64,000 nt of DNA from Candidatus Latescibacterota bacterium (lineage in GTDB: Bacteria > Latescibacterota > UBA2968 > UBA8231), in assembly GCA_965221775.1 (NCBI GenBank), contig CBDCSU010000006.1:256001-320000 (forward strand). The letters are read 5' to 3'. Both the position numbers and the translations under genes were made by a program. The notes beneath the pieces were generated by a model. The model searched no databases, was not told the origin of the DNA, and was given only the letters and a program-made list of their open reading frames with translations. Positions 19,424 to 28,015 of this stretch are shown here, in pieces (the first letter of the stretch is position 1; the number at the start of each line of letters is the position of its first letter).

Positions 19424-20500
19424 TTGACCGAATCTACTCGCCCAACCATCCAGCCGGACGACCTGAAGGCGTTCTGCACCGCCGCCATGGTCAAGGCCGG
19501 TCTCAGCCAGGAGGACGCCGAGCTCAGCGCCCATGTCTTCGTCACCACCGACACGTGGGGCACCTTCACGCACGGCACCCGGCAGATCCGCGGCCTGATG
19601 CAGAATGCGCGTCGGGGACGCCTGGTCGCCGCCGCGAGAGAGAAGGTCGTGGGCGAGGGCCCGTCCTGGGCGATCATCGACGCCTGCGACGGCATGCCCC
19701 CCGCCATCTCCTGCCGCGCCGTCGAGCTGGCCATGGCCAAGGCCCGCCAGAGCGGCATGTGCTACATCGGCATCCGGGGCAGCAGCCACTACGGCGCCGC
19801 CGGGTTCTACGCCAACATGATCGCCGAGAACGACATGATCGGTCTGTCCATGTGCAACGTGGAACCCTGCATGACCGTGCCGGGCGGCAAGAGCCGGGTT
19901 CTGGGTACCAATCCGATCGCTTACGCCGCGCCCACCGGCACCGGCCGCACCGTCATGCTCGACATCGCCACCAGCGCGGTGGCGGCGACCAAGATCTTCG
20001 CCGCCAAGAACGAGGGGCGCAGCATTCCCGACACCTGGCTGGTGGACGAGGAGGGCATCCCCACCACCGATCCCACCGAGTTCCCCGAGAAGGGGGCGCA
20101 GTTGCCCATGGCCGGCCACAAGGGGTACGGCCTGGCCGTGCTGGTGGAGCTGCTGACGGCCACCCTCAGCGGAGCGGCGATGATGAGCGGTGTCCACAGC
20201 TGGGTGGCCGACACGGACGAGCCCTCGAACCAGGGTCACGCCTTCGTCGCCATCGACGTGGGCGCCATGATGCCGCTGGAGGAGTTCCACGCCCGCATGG
20301 ACGCCATGTGCAAGGAGATCAAGAGCGCTTCTCCAGCCACGGGGGGGACGATCTTCCTGCCGGGCGAGATCGAGTGGAACCAGCGGGAGCAGGCCCTGGC
20401 CGAGGGTATCGTCATGCCCGAGGACGTCCTGATCAGCCTGCGGGGACTGGCCGAGGACAGCGGCCTCGACCCCGCGGACTTCCATCTGGACCTGGGCTGA
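19424..20500 (+). CDS. Ldh_2 family oxidoreductase (type-2 malate/L-lactate/sulfolactate/ureidoglycolate dehydrogenase)
   Basis: THG, SHYGAAG, GTNPIA, DIATS, GHKGYGL, FLPGEIE. TTG start after GGGAG. Confidence 0.93.
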   Translation: MTESTRPTIQPDDLKAFCTAAMVKAGLSQEDAELSAHVFVTTDTWGTFTHGTRQIRGLMQNARRGRLVAAAREKVVGEGPSWAIIDACDGMPPAISCRAVELAMAKARQSGMCYIGIRGSSHYGAAGFYANMIAENDMIGLSMCNVEPCMTVPGGKSRVLGTNPIAYAAPTGTGRTVMLDIATSAVAATKIFAAKNEGRSIPDTWLVDEEGIPTTDPTEFPEKGAQLPMAGHKGYGLAVLVELLTATLSGAAMMSGVHSWVADTDEPSNQGHAFVAIDVGAMMPLEEFHARMDAMCKEIKSASPATGGTIFLPGEIEWNQREQALAEGIVMPEDVLISLRGLAEDSGLDPADFHLDLG

Positions 20501-21385
20501 ATGTCCGATCGATTCTGCCCCCTCAACCTGACCCCCGACGAGCTGGTCGAGTACACGCCCGACTGGGAGGGCGAGCGCTCTGCCGACGGCCGCCCGAAGG
20601 TGCCGGACGAGATCCTCGAGCGGATGCAGGGCGTGACCATCACCCAGGCCTGGGGCGTCGTGGGCGGCGCGGGGTACCAGCACCAGTACGAGGGGGGATG
20701 GCAGCAGACGCATCCCGGCCAGACGCTGGTGGGCCGGGCCCTCACGGCGATGTACATGCCCAGGAGGCCCGCCGTGCGCGCGGTCATGGACGCCAAGGGG
20801 GCCGCCCACGGCTGCATCGGCGACCAGATCTCCTGGCCCATCGACATGCTGGTGCCGGGTGACGTGTACGTGGCCGACATGTTCGGCAAGGTCGACCAGG
20901 GCCCCATCATCGGCGACAACCTGGCGACGGCGATCTACGCCAACTCCGGCAACGGTGTGGTCTTCGACGGGTCGGTGCGCGACCTCGAAGGCATCGAGGA
21001 GATGCCCGCCTTCCCCTGCTTCGTCCGCGGGTGGCATCCCTCCTATGCGTCGCCCACCATCATGCTGACCGGCGTCAACACGGTGGTCCGCATCGGACAG
21101 GCCACGGTCATGCCGGGGGACGTGGTGCTCGGCAAGCGCGAGGGGGTCGTCTTCATCCCGCCCCACCTGGCGGAAACGGTGGTGAAGACCTCGGAGCTGG
21201 TCCGTCTCCGGGACATGTTCGGGCAGCAGCGGCTGCGGGAAGGGAAGTACACCCCCGGCCAGGTCGACGACCGCTGGACCGAGGCGATGGAAGCGGACTT
21301 CTCCGAGTGGCTGGAGGACCACATGGACCAGCTGCCGGTCCCGAGGGAGGCGATCCAGGACCTGCTGAAGGAGAGGACCTGGTAG
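20501..21385 (+). CDS. RraA-like / HMG-aldolase family protein
   Basis: DGRPKVPDEIL, LVGRALT, IGDNLATAI, DGSVRD, VMPGDVVLG. ATG directly follows the Ldh_2 stop. Confidence 0.88.
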   Translation: MSDRFCPLNLTPDELVEYTPDWEGERSADGRPKVPDEILERMQGVTITQAWGVVGGAGYQHQYEGGWQQTHPGQTLVGRALTAMYMPRRPAVRAVMDAKGAAHGCIGDQISWPIDMLVPGDVYVADMFGKVDQGPIIGDNLATAIYANSGNGVVFDGSVRDLEGIEEMPAFPCFVRGWHPSYASPTIMLTGVNTVVRIGQATVMPGDVVLGKREGVVFIPPHLAETVVKTSELVRLRDMFGQQRLREGKYTPGQVDDRWTEAMEADFSEWLEDHMDQLPVPREAIQDLLKERTW

Positions 21386-21386
21386 C

Positions 21387-22532
21387 CTACCCGGCGCCGT
21401 CCCCGTCGAAGAACCCCAGGTCCTCGCGCGCGGCTCTGCGCGCCGCCTCCTCGTCGAGGGTGACGCCGAGACCGGGCCCGCGCGGCAAGGGGATGTGCCC
21501 GTCCACGATCAGGTTCCGCTCCACCGTCAGGCTGCTCCAGACCTCGTTGTCGAGGTGGTGGAACTCGAGTACCTGGAAGTTGGGGGAAGCGGCGCAGACG
21601 TGGGCCATCGCCATCGTGCCGATCGGTCCGCAGATGTTGTGGGGTGAGATCGGCATGTAGTAGATGTCGGCGAGATCGGCGATCCGCCGCCCTTCCGACA
21701 GACCTCCCGCCTTGGCGAGATCCGGCGAGATGATGTCCGTCGCCTGGGTCTCCACCAGCTCCCGGAACCCGTGCCGCGTGTACAGGTTCTCCCCCGTGCA
21801 GATCGGCACCCGCGTCGCCGCCTTCACCTCTTTGAGGGCGGCCACGTTCTCCGCGGGGACCGGGTCTTCCAGCCACATCAGGTCCAGCTCTTCGAAGGCG
21901 TAGGCGACCTTGAGGATGTCGTGGGGCGCGTAGGCCCAGTGGGCGTCGATGAGCAGGTCCGTGTTCGGATGCAGAGTCTCGCGGACCGCGGTGACCACCT
22001 CGACGTGGAAGGTGATGTCGCGATTGCTCATGGTGCGGTTGTAGCGGTCGCGCCGGTCCGGGCGCGGATCGATGTCGAACTTTATGGCGTCGAAGCCGCG
22101 GGCCTCCACCGCCTTGGCCTTGGCCGCCCACGACCCGGGATCGTCGTCCTCGTCGCCGGCGTGGCAGTCGTTGTAGACGCGGATCGAGTCGCGCCAGGCG
22201 CCCCCGAGCAGTTGCCAGATCGGCACCCCGAGGGCCTGACCGGTGATGTCCCACAGGGCCATCTCGATGCCGCTGATGGCGCTCATCACCGCCCCCTGGT
22301 AGTACCCCGACGCCGACATGGAGTCCTTCATGTCGCGGAAGAGCCGGTCCACGTTGCGCGGGTCCTGGCCGATGAGGGCGCGCCGGGTGAGGCGCTCGTC
22401 CACGGCGATGTGGTGAACGCCGGCTCCGTGGTAGGCCTCGCCGAGGCCGGTGATCCCCTCGTCGGTGCGCACCTTCACCAGCACCCACGGCATCGGCTGC
22501 AGCAGGACCGCCCCGACGTCGACGATCTTCAT
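21387..22532 (-). CDS. Mandelate racemase / muconate lactonizing enzyme family, acid-sugar-dehydratase-like
   Basis: ATG 22532 overlaps the upstream stop (ATGA). VRTDEGITGLGEA, AISGIEMALWDI, KFD, LIDAH, WLEDP, TGEN, SPHN, LEFH, PGLGV. Confidence 0.93.
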   Translation of the reverse strand: MKIVDVGAVLLQPMPWVLVKVRTDEGITGLGEAYHGAGVHHIAVDERLTRRALIGQDPRNVDRLFRDMKDSMSASGYYQGAVMSAISGIEMALWDITGQALGVPIWQLLGGAWRDSIRVYNDCHAGDEDDDPGSWAAKAKAVEARGFDAIKFDIDPRPDRRDRYNRTMSNRDITFHVEVVTAVRETLHPNTDLLIDAHWAYAPHDILKVAYAFEELDLMWLEDPVPAENVAALKEVKAATRVPICTGENLYTRHGFRELVETQATDIISPDLAKAGGLSEGRRIADLADIYYMPISPHNICGPIGTMAMAHVCAASPNFQVLEFHHLDNEVWSSLTVERNLIVDGHIPLPRGPGLGVTLDEEAARRAAREDLGFFDGDGAG

Positions 22533-23830
22533 CCCGCCATCGCCTTGCGGATCGCCGCGCGCGTGCCCTCCAGGTCGAAGCAGGCGCGCTGGTTCTCCTG
22601 CATGAGGCGGGTCGCCGCCCCCATGGCCTGGGCTTCCGTCAACAGGCCGTCCCGCACCTCCGCCTCCAGGGCCCGCGTCAGCCAGCGCCGCGCCTGCATC
22701 GCGTACGCCGCGGCGCTCGTCGGCCAGCCGGTGTCGCCGCCGAAGCCGAAGAGCTTGTTCGCCGGCGCCGTGTGCAGGAAGCGGCGCACGAAATCGCAGG
22801 AGCTGTAAGGATCGATCGCCCAGGCCCAGCACAGGTCGACCCAGACGTTGCGGTAGTGCTTGGCCAGGGCCACCAACTCGTCGCAGTACGGATAGGCGAT
22901 GTGCATCAGCACGAAGCGGGCGTCCGGGTACTTCGCCAGCAGGCGGCACAGGTTGCCCGCCGGGATCCGGTCCACCGGCATCCGGTCGTTGCCCGCGTAG
23001 TAGCCGGTGTGCAGCTTGAAGGGCAGGTCGTGCTCGGTGGCCAGCTCCACGCCCCGGGCCCAGCACCAGTCGCCCAGACAGAGGCGGGCACCCTCGTCCA
23101 GCCCGCTCTCCGGGTCCGGCTTCAGCGCCGCCTCCAGGGCGCGGGCGGCGTCGGCGTCGCTGCGCTCCTCCCACAGCAGGGTCCGGTTGTAGGCGTGCTG
23201 GGCCTTCACCGCGATGGCGCAGGGCCCGTGCTTCTCGAACAAACCCTCCATCGCCCGCCGCAGGGACGCCAGGTCCGTCACCGTCACCCCCACCTCGGCC
23301 GCCACGGCCCCGAAGTCGATCGTCCCCGAGCAGAAGTTCGCCCAAGAGAGGTCGTACAGGAAGAAGTCCGGCCCCGACGCATCCGGCTCGCAGAGCCAGC
23401 GGAAGTCGTCCACCTGCACGTGGTCGAGGTTGGCCACATCTCGCAGCAGGCGAAGGCGCTGACCCGGCTGGCGCAGGCCGTTCAGGGTCTCCTGGGCCCC
23501 GGCCAGACCGCCGGCGGTCAACTCCGGCAGGCCGTAGATCTCGCTGGCGATGAGTCGCACGGCCTCGCCGTACCCGGTGAACTGCGCCGCCTCCCAGGCC
23601 GGCCGGATGCCCTCGAAGCGGCCTTCCACGTCCGGGTCCGCCGCGTCCATCAGCCGCGCCACCGCCTCCTCCGGGGCCCCGGCGCTGCGCAGATCGGCGG
23701 GCACGTAGTTCTCGAACAGATCGCGGAGGATGTCCGGGCCGTCGTCGACCCAGTCGGGTTCCCTGCGCAGGTGCTCGTGGGTGTCGCACAGGGGCGTCTC
23801 TTCGATGTGTTGCGCCAGGTCCGTGGGCAT
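22529..23830 (-). CDS. Amidohydrolase superfamily protein
   Basis: DTHEH, KLHTG, VLMH, FGGD metal-ligand motifs. GGAGG RBS. Confidence 0.88.
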   Translation of the reverse strand: MPTDLAQHIEETPLCDTHEHLRREPDWVDDGPDILRDLFENYVPADLRSAGAPEEAVARLMDAADPDVEGRFEGIRPAWEAAQFTGYGEAVRLIASEIYGLPELTAGGLAGAQETLNGLRQPGQRLRLLRDVANLDHVQVDDFRWLCEPDASGPDFFLYDLSWANFCSGTIDFGAVAAEVGVTVTDLASLRRAMEGLFEKHGPCAIAVKAQHAYNRTLLWEERSDADAARALEAALKPDPESGLDEGARLCLGDWCWARGVELATEHDLPFKLHTGYYAGNDRMPVDRIPAGNLCRLLAKYPDARFVLMHIAYPYCDELVALAKHYRNVWVDLCWAWAIDPYSSCDFVRRFLHTAPANKLFGFGGDTGWPTSAAAYAMQARRWLTRALEAEVRDGLLTEAQAMGAATRLMQENQRACFDLEGTRAAIRKAMAG

Positions 23831-23861
23831 GCTCGTCCTCCAGGGAGAGATCAGTGATGGC

Positions 23862-26800
23862 TCAGCTTCTCACGCGAAACAGGATCTTGTAAAGCACCGG
23901 CACGAACAACAATGTGATCACCGTGGCGAAGAGCAGGCCCATCATGATGGCCACCGCCATGGGCTCCCACATCAGCCCGCCGCCGAGGTAGAGGGGCACC
24001 AGCCCCAGGGTCGTCGTGCAGGTGGTCAGCAGGATGGGGCGGAAACGCTGCCGGGCCGCGGCGACGATGGCATCGATGGAAGCCCTCCCGGAACGGTCCT
24101 GTTCGATCTGTATGCGGTCGAGGAGAACGATGGCGTTGTTGATGACGATGCCCGCCAGGGAGATCAGCCCGAGAAAGGCGAAGAAACCGAAGAAGGAACG
24201 GAAGACCAGCAACCCGGCGACCACCCCGATCAGGCCGAGGGGAATGGTGCTCAGCACGATGAAGGTCTTGCGGATGGAGTTGAACTGCAGGACCAGCAGC
24301 CCCAGGATGATGAAGGCCGACAGGGGCAGCTTCGAGATGACCGCGCCCATGGCATCGCCGCTTTCCTCCGACTCGCCGCCCAGCTCGTATCGGTAGCCCT
24401 GCTTCCAGGACCTGCTGTCCTCCTCGAGCCAGGGGACGAGGGCGTCGGTGACATCTCTCGCGGTGAATCCCCTCGCCGCATCGCAGGTCACCGTCATGGT
24501 GCGGTTCAGGTCGCGCCGTTTGATCCTGGGCAGCTGCCACTGCGTAACGACCTGCGCCACCTGTCCGAGGGGTACGTTTATCCCCGATCCCTGGGCGAAG
24601 ATGCTCAGGCTCTCCAGCTGGCGCACGTCGACCTCCTGGCTGCCCTCGTGGCGCAGCACGATGGGAATGCTCCGGTCCCCTTCGCGGAAGGCACCCACAT
24701 CGAACCCGGTGAGGGCTGCCTGCAGCGAAAGGGCGATGTCCTGGTTGGTCAGGCCCGCCTTCCGGGTCCTGGCCGGGTCGATGTCGACGACGACCTTCTT
24801 GATCTTCCGCCCCCAGTCGTCGCCGATGTTCTTCGTTCCCGCCATCGCGTTGAGTTGTCGCTTGATGCGCCCGGCGATGGCGAACAGTCCGTCGGGATCC
24901 GGCCCGGTTATGCGCACGGCCACGTCGCTTCCGCCGCCTCCGCCCCCGGACAGCCTGGAAACCCTTGCCTCGGCATCGGGAAAGGTGCGGAAGCAGAAGC
25001 CGTCCAGGCGGTCGATGATCGACTGGTTGTCCTCGCCCGAGCTGGTGTTCAGCAACAGATGGGCGGAACTCGGATTGCCCTCCCCCGGCTGGTACCCCAG
25101 ATCGTAGGAGGGAGGCCCCTCGCCGATGAAGGCGGCCCAGTCGGTTACCCCGCGCAGCCGTTGCGGGCTCACCAGGAGACTGTCGGCGATATACCCCTCG
25201 ATCTTCTGCACGCGGGCGGCCGTGGTCTCGATCCGGGTGCCCAGGGGCAGGCTCAGATTCAACGTCAACAGGTTGCGCTGGCTGTCGGGAAAGAAGATGA
25301 AGGGCAGGAAACCGAACCCCAGGAGGGACAACAGGAACAGCCCGGCGATGATTCCGGAGAACGACCAGGGGCGCCGAAGGGCCTTGAGCAGCAGTTCATT
25401 GTACAGGCCGTTCAAGCGCTCGATGAGGCTGCTCTTGCCGGACTCCGCCGTTTGCCGTCTCACCCGCAGGAAGAACTGGGCCAGCAGCGTGATCATGGTC
25501 AGGGAGAGCAGCCAGGACGAGAGCAGGGCGATGGAGATCACGCTGAAGAGGGGCGCCATCATTTCGCCCATGATCGACGGGGCCAGGAAGAAGGAGAGGA
25601 AGGCGGCCGAGGTGGTCAGCGAGGAGACCAGGAGCGGCACCGCCAGCTCGCCGGCCGATTCGATAGCCGCCTCCCTGGCGCCGGTGCCCCCTTCCATCTT
25701 CACCACGATCGCTTCGGAGACCACGATGGCATTGTCCACCAGCATGCCCAGCGCCATGATCAGCGCCGCCAGCGACACCTGGTTGAGACCGATATCGAAC
25801 AGACCCATGGAGAAGAAGGTGGCGACGATGGTCATCGGTATGAGACTGGCCACCACCAGGCCGGTGCGCAGCCCCAGGAAGAGCAGCATGGCGACAAGCA
25901 CCACGGCGACGCTCTGCAGGAGGTTGCTGGTGAAGTCGGCCACCGACTTCTCCACCTCGAAGTCCTGGGAAGCCACCCGGTTCAAGGTGATCCCCAGGGG
26001 AGCCCGCGCCTGGTGGAAGGCTGTCAGCCGGTCGACCTCCCTTCCCAACTCGATGATGTTGGCCCCTTCGGCCAGGGCCACCGAGAGCGACAGCCCCGGC
26101 TGACCGTTGATCCTGACCCGGCGCCGCCTCGGGGTCTCGTACTCCCGGACGATGCGGGTAATGTCCCCGAGGTACACCCGCCCGCCCTGGCCCACCGGGA
26201 TCAGCGTCCCCGCCAGGTCATCCAGATCGGCGTAGCTGCCGGTCGGCTCGAGCACCAGGCGTTCATCCTCCAGGCCGACCTCGCCGCCGGGGAAGACGAT
26301 GTTCGTCGTCGCGATGTCGTTCCGGATCTTCTGCGCCGAAAGGCCCAGCTCCGCCATGCGGGCGTCGTTGAACTCCAGGTAGATCCGCTCCTCCTGGATT
26401 CCGCTGATCCTCACCTCGGAGGCGCCGGGCAGCTTGATCAGGTCGTCCCGCAGTGCCTCGGCGAACTCTTCCAGTTCGGCAAAGGTGAACCCGTCTCCTG
26501 TAAGGCCGATCACGATGCCGTACACCACCCCGAGACCATCGTCCTTCACCTCGGGGCCATAGATGCCCTCGGGCAGATCCGGGCGGATGTTGTCGATCTT
26601 GCGCCGCAACCGGTCCCACACGGCCTGGAGTTCCCTCTGCGATATTTCCGGTTCGAGCCCCACCACCACGACCGACAGGCCGGTCACGGACTCGCTGGTG
26701 ACGGTCTCCAGCTCGGGCAGCTCCTGGGCGACCTCCTCGATCCTGCTGGTGATCAATGACTCGACGCGCTCGGGGCCGGCCCCGGGAAAGGCGGTCACTA

Positions 26801-26939
26801 CCGAGGCGGCGCGGATCGTGAAGGGAGGCATGCTGTCGCGCGGCATCGACCGGTACCCTGCCAGGCCGAGTACTCCGACGACGAGCAGGGCCACGATGGT
26901 GACCCGGCTGTTGTCCAGGGCGATCCGGGTGAGATTCAT
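23862..26939 (-). CDS. RND efflux permease, AcrB/AcrD/AcrF family
   Basis: 1025 aa. FPGAGPERVESLIT, GMLVDNAIVV, GIVINNAIVL, RFRPILLTT. Confidence 0.96.
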   Translation of the reverse strand: MNLTRIALDNSRVTIVALLVVGVLGLAGYRSMPRDSMPPFTIRAASVVTAFPGAGPERVESLITSRIEEVAQELPELETVTSESVTGLSVVVVGLEPEISQRELQAVWDRLRRKIDNIRPDLPEGIYGPEVKDDGLGVVYGIVIGLTGDGFTFAELEEFAEALRDDLIKLPGASEVRISGIQEERIYLEFNDARMAELGLSAQKIRNDIATTNIVFPGGEVGLEDERLVLEPTGSYADLDDLAGTLIPVGQGGRVYLGDITRIVREYETPRRRRVRINGQPGLSLSVALAEGANIIELGREVDRLTAFHQARAPLGITLNRVASQDFEVEKSVADFTSNLLQSVAVVLVAMLLFLGLRTGLVVASLIPMTIVATFFSMGLFDIGLNQVSLAALIMALGMLVDNAIVVSEAIVVKMEGGTGAREAAIESAGELAVPLLVSSLTTSAAFLSFFLAPSIMGEMMAPLFSVISIALLSSWLLSLTMITLLAQFFLRVRRQTAESGKSSLIERLNGLYNELLLKALRRPWSFSGIIAGLFLLSLLGFGFLPFIFFPDSQRNLLTLNLSLPLGTRIETTAARVQKIEGYIADSLLVSPQRLRGVTDWAAFIGEGPPSYDLGYQPGEGNPSSAHLLLNTSSGEDNQSIIDRLDGFCFRTFPDAEARVSRLSGGGGGGSDVAVRITGPDPDGLFAIAGRIKRQLNAMAGTKNIGDDWGRKIKKVVVDIDPARTRKAGLTNQDIALSLQAALTGFDVGAFREGDRSIPIVLRHEGSQEVDVRQLESLSIFAQGSGINVPLGQVAQVVTQWQLPRIKRRDLNRTMTVTCDAARGFTARDVTDALVPWLEEDSRSWKQGYRYELGGESEESGDAMGAVISKLPLSAFIILGLLVLQFNSIRKTFIVLSTIPLGLIGVVAGLLVFRSFFGFFAFLGLISLAGIVINNAIVLLDRIQIEQDRSGRASIDAIVAAARQRFRPILLTTCTTTLGLVPLYLGGGLMWEPMAVAIMMGLLFATVITLLFVPVLYKILFRVRS

Positions 26940-28015
26940 GGCGATTCGAGGAGCCGCACCTTCATCCCGTCCATCAGGGACCCGAGGCCCGCGGTCGCCA
27001 CCAGTTCCCCTTCGGCGAGCCCCTCTTCGACGACGAAACCGTCCGCCAGCAGGCTGCCGATGCGGACCGGCCGCCGCTGGACGGTCCCCACACCGTTGTC
27101 GACTCCGTCAATGACGAAGACATACCTGCCACTGGCGTCTTCCCCCACGGCCTTGACCGGGACCACGAGCGGGTCCGCCGGCCCGCCGGTGCCGAAGCGG
27201 AACTCCGCATCCCCTGCCATGCCGGGCCGGATGGAGGGTGAGGGGGCGTCGAGCCGCACCCTGACCGGATAGGTGCTGGAAGCGTCGAGGGCCCAGGATA
27301 TCTCCCGCACGCGGGCGGCGAACTCCACCCCGGGAAGGGCGGAGAAACGCACCCGCACCGGGTCGCCGTTCCGGATGCGGGCGATATGGCCCTCGGGAAC
27401 CCCCACCTCCATCTCGACATCCTCGCCCGCGCTCAACTCCACCAGGGGCGCTCCGGCCTGGATCACCTCGTTGACCTCGAAGCGGACCGCGGTGACGATG
27501 CCGTCGACAGGAGCGCGGATCTCGTTGAACCTCAGCTGGCGCTCCTGCAGATCCAGACTCTTTTCGGCGGACTCAAAGCTGGACGTGGCCGCCGCATAGC
27601 CGGCCTTGGCCTGTTCGTACTCGGCGAGGGAGACGTTGTCGGCCTGGTAGAGCTGCCGGACCCGGGTGAGACTGGACTGGGCGTTGGCCTTCTGCACCCG
27701 GGCGTTCTCCAGGGCCGCCCTCGCCCTTTCGCAAGCGAGGACCGCATCCCGGCTGTCGAGGGCGGCGATGCGCTGGCCGGCTTTGACCCGGTCCCCTGCC
27801 TTCACCTCGATCGATTCGATGAGCCCTCCGGTCCGGAAGCTGAGCCTCGCTTCGGTGCCGGCCCTGGCCGTGCCGGCGAACCGCTGGCTCCGGACCGCGC
27901 TCGCGGGACGAACCTCGGCGTACTTCACCGGGCGGACCGGTTCGGGGACCGGCGGTTCCCCTCCGCAGCCAACCCACATACCCAGCGCCAGGGCAGGAAT
28001 CACAACTCGCTTCAT
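26936..28015 (-). CDS. RND periplasmic adaptor (membrane fusion lipoprotein)
   Basis: Lipobox WVGC. LSFRTGG, VKAGDRVKAGQ, IRAPVDG, IRPGM. ATGA overlaps on both sides. Confidence 0.95.
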   Translation of the reverse strand: MKRVVIPALALGMWVGCGGEPPVPEPVRPVKYAEVRPASAVRSQRFAGTARAGTEARLSFRTGGLIESIEVKAGDRVKAGQRIAALDSRDAVLACERARAALENARVQKANAQSSLTRVRQLYQADNVSLAEYEQAKAGYAAATSSFESAEKSLDLQERQLRFNEIRAPVDGIVTAVRFEVNEVIQAGAPLVELSAGEDVEMEVGVPEGHIARIRNGDPVRVRFSALPGVEFAARVREISWALDASSTYPVRVRLDAPSPSIRPGMAGDAEFRFGTGGPADPLVVPVKAVGEDASGRYVFVIDGVDNGVGTVQRRPVRIGSLLADGFVVEEGLAEGELVATAGLGSLMDGMKVRLLESP

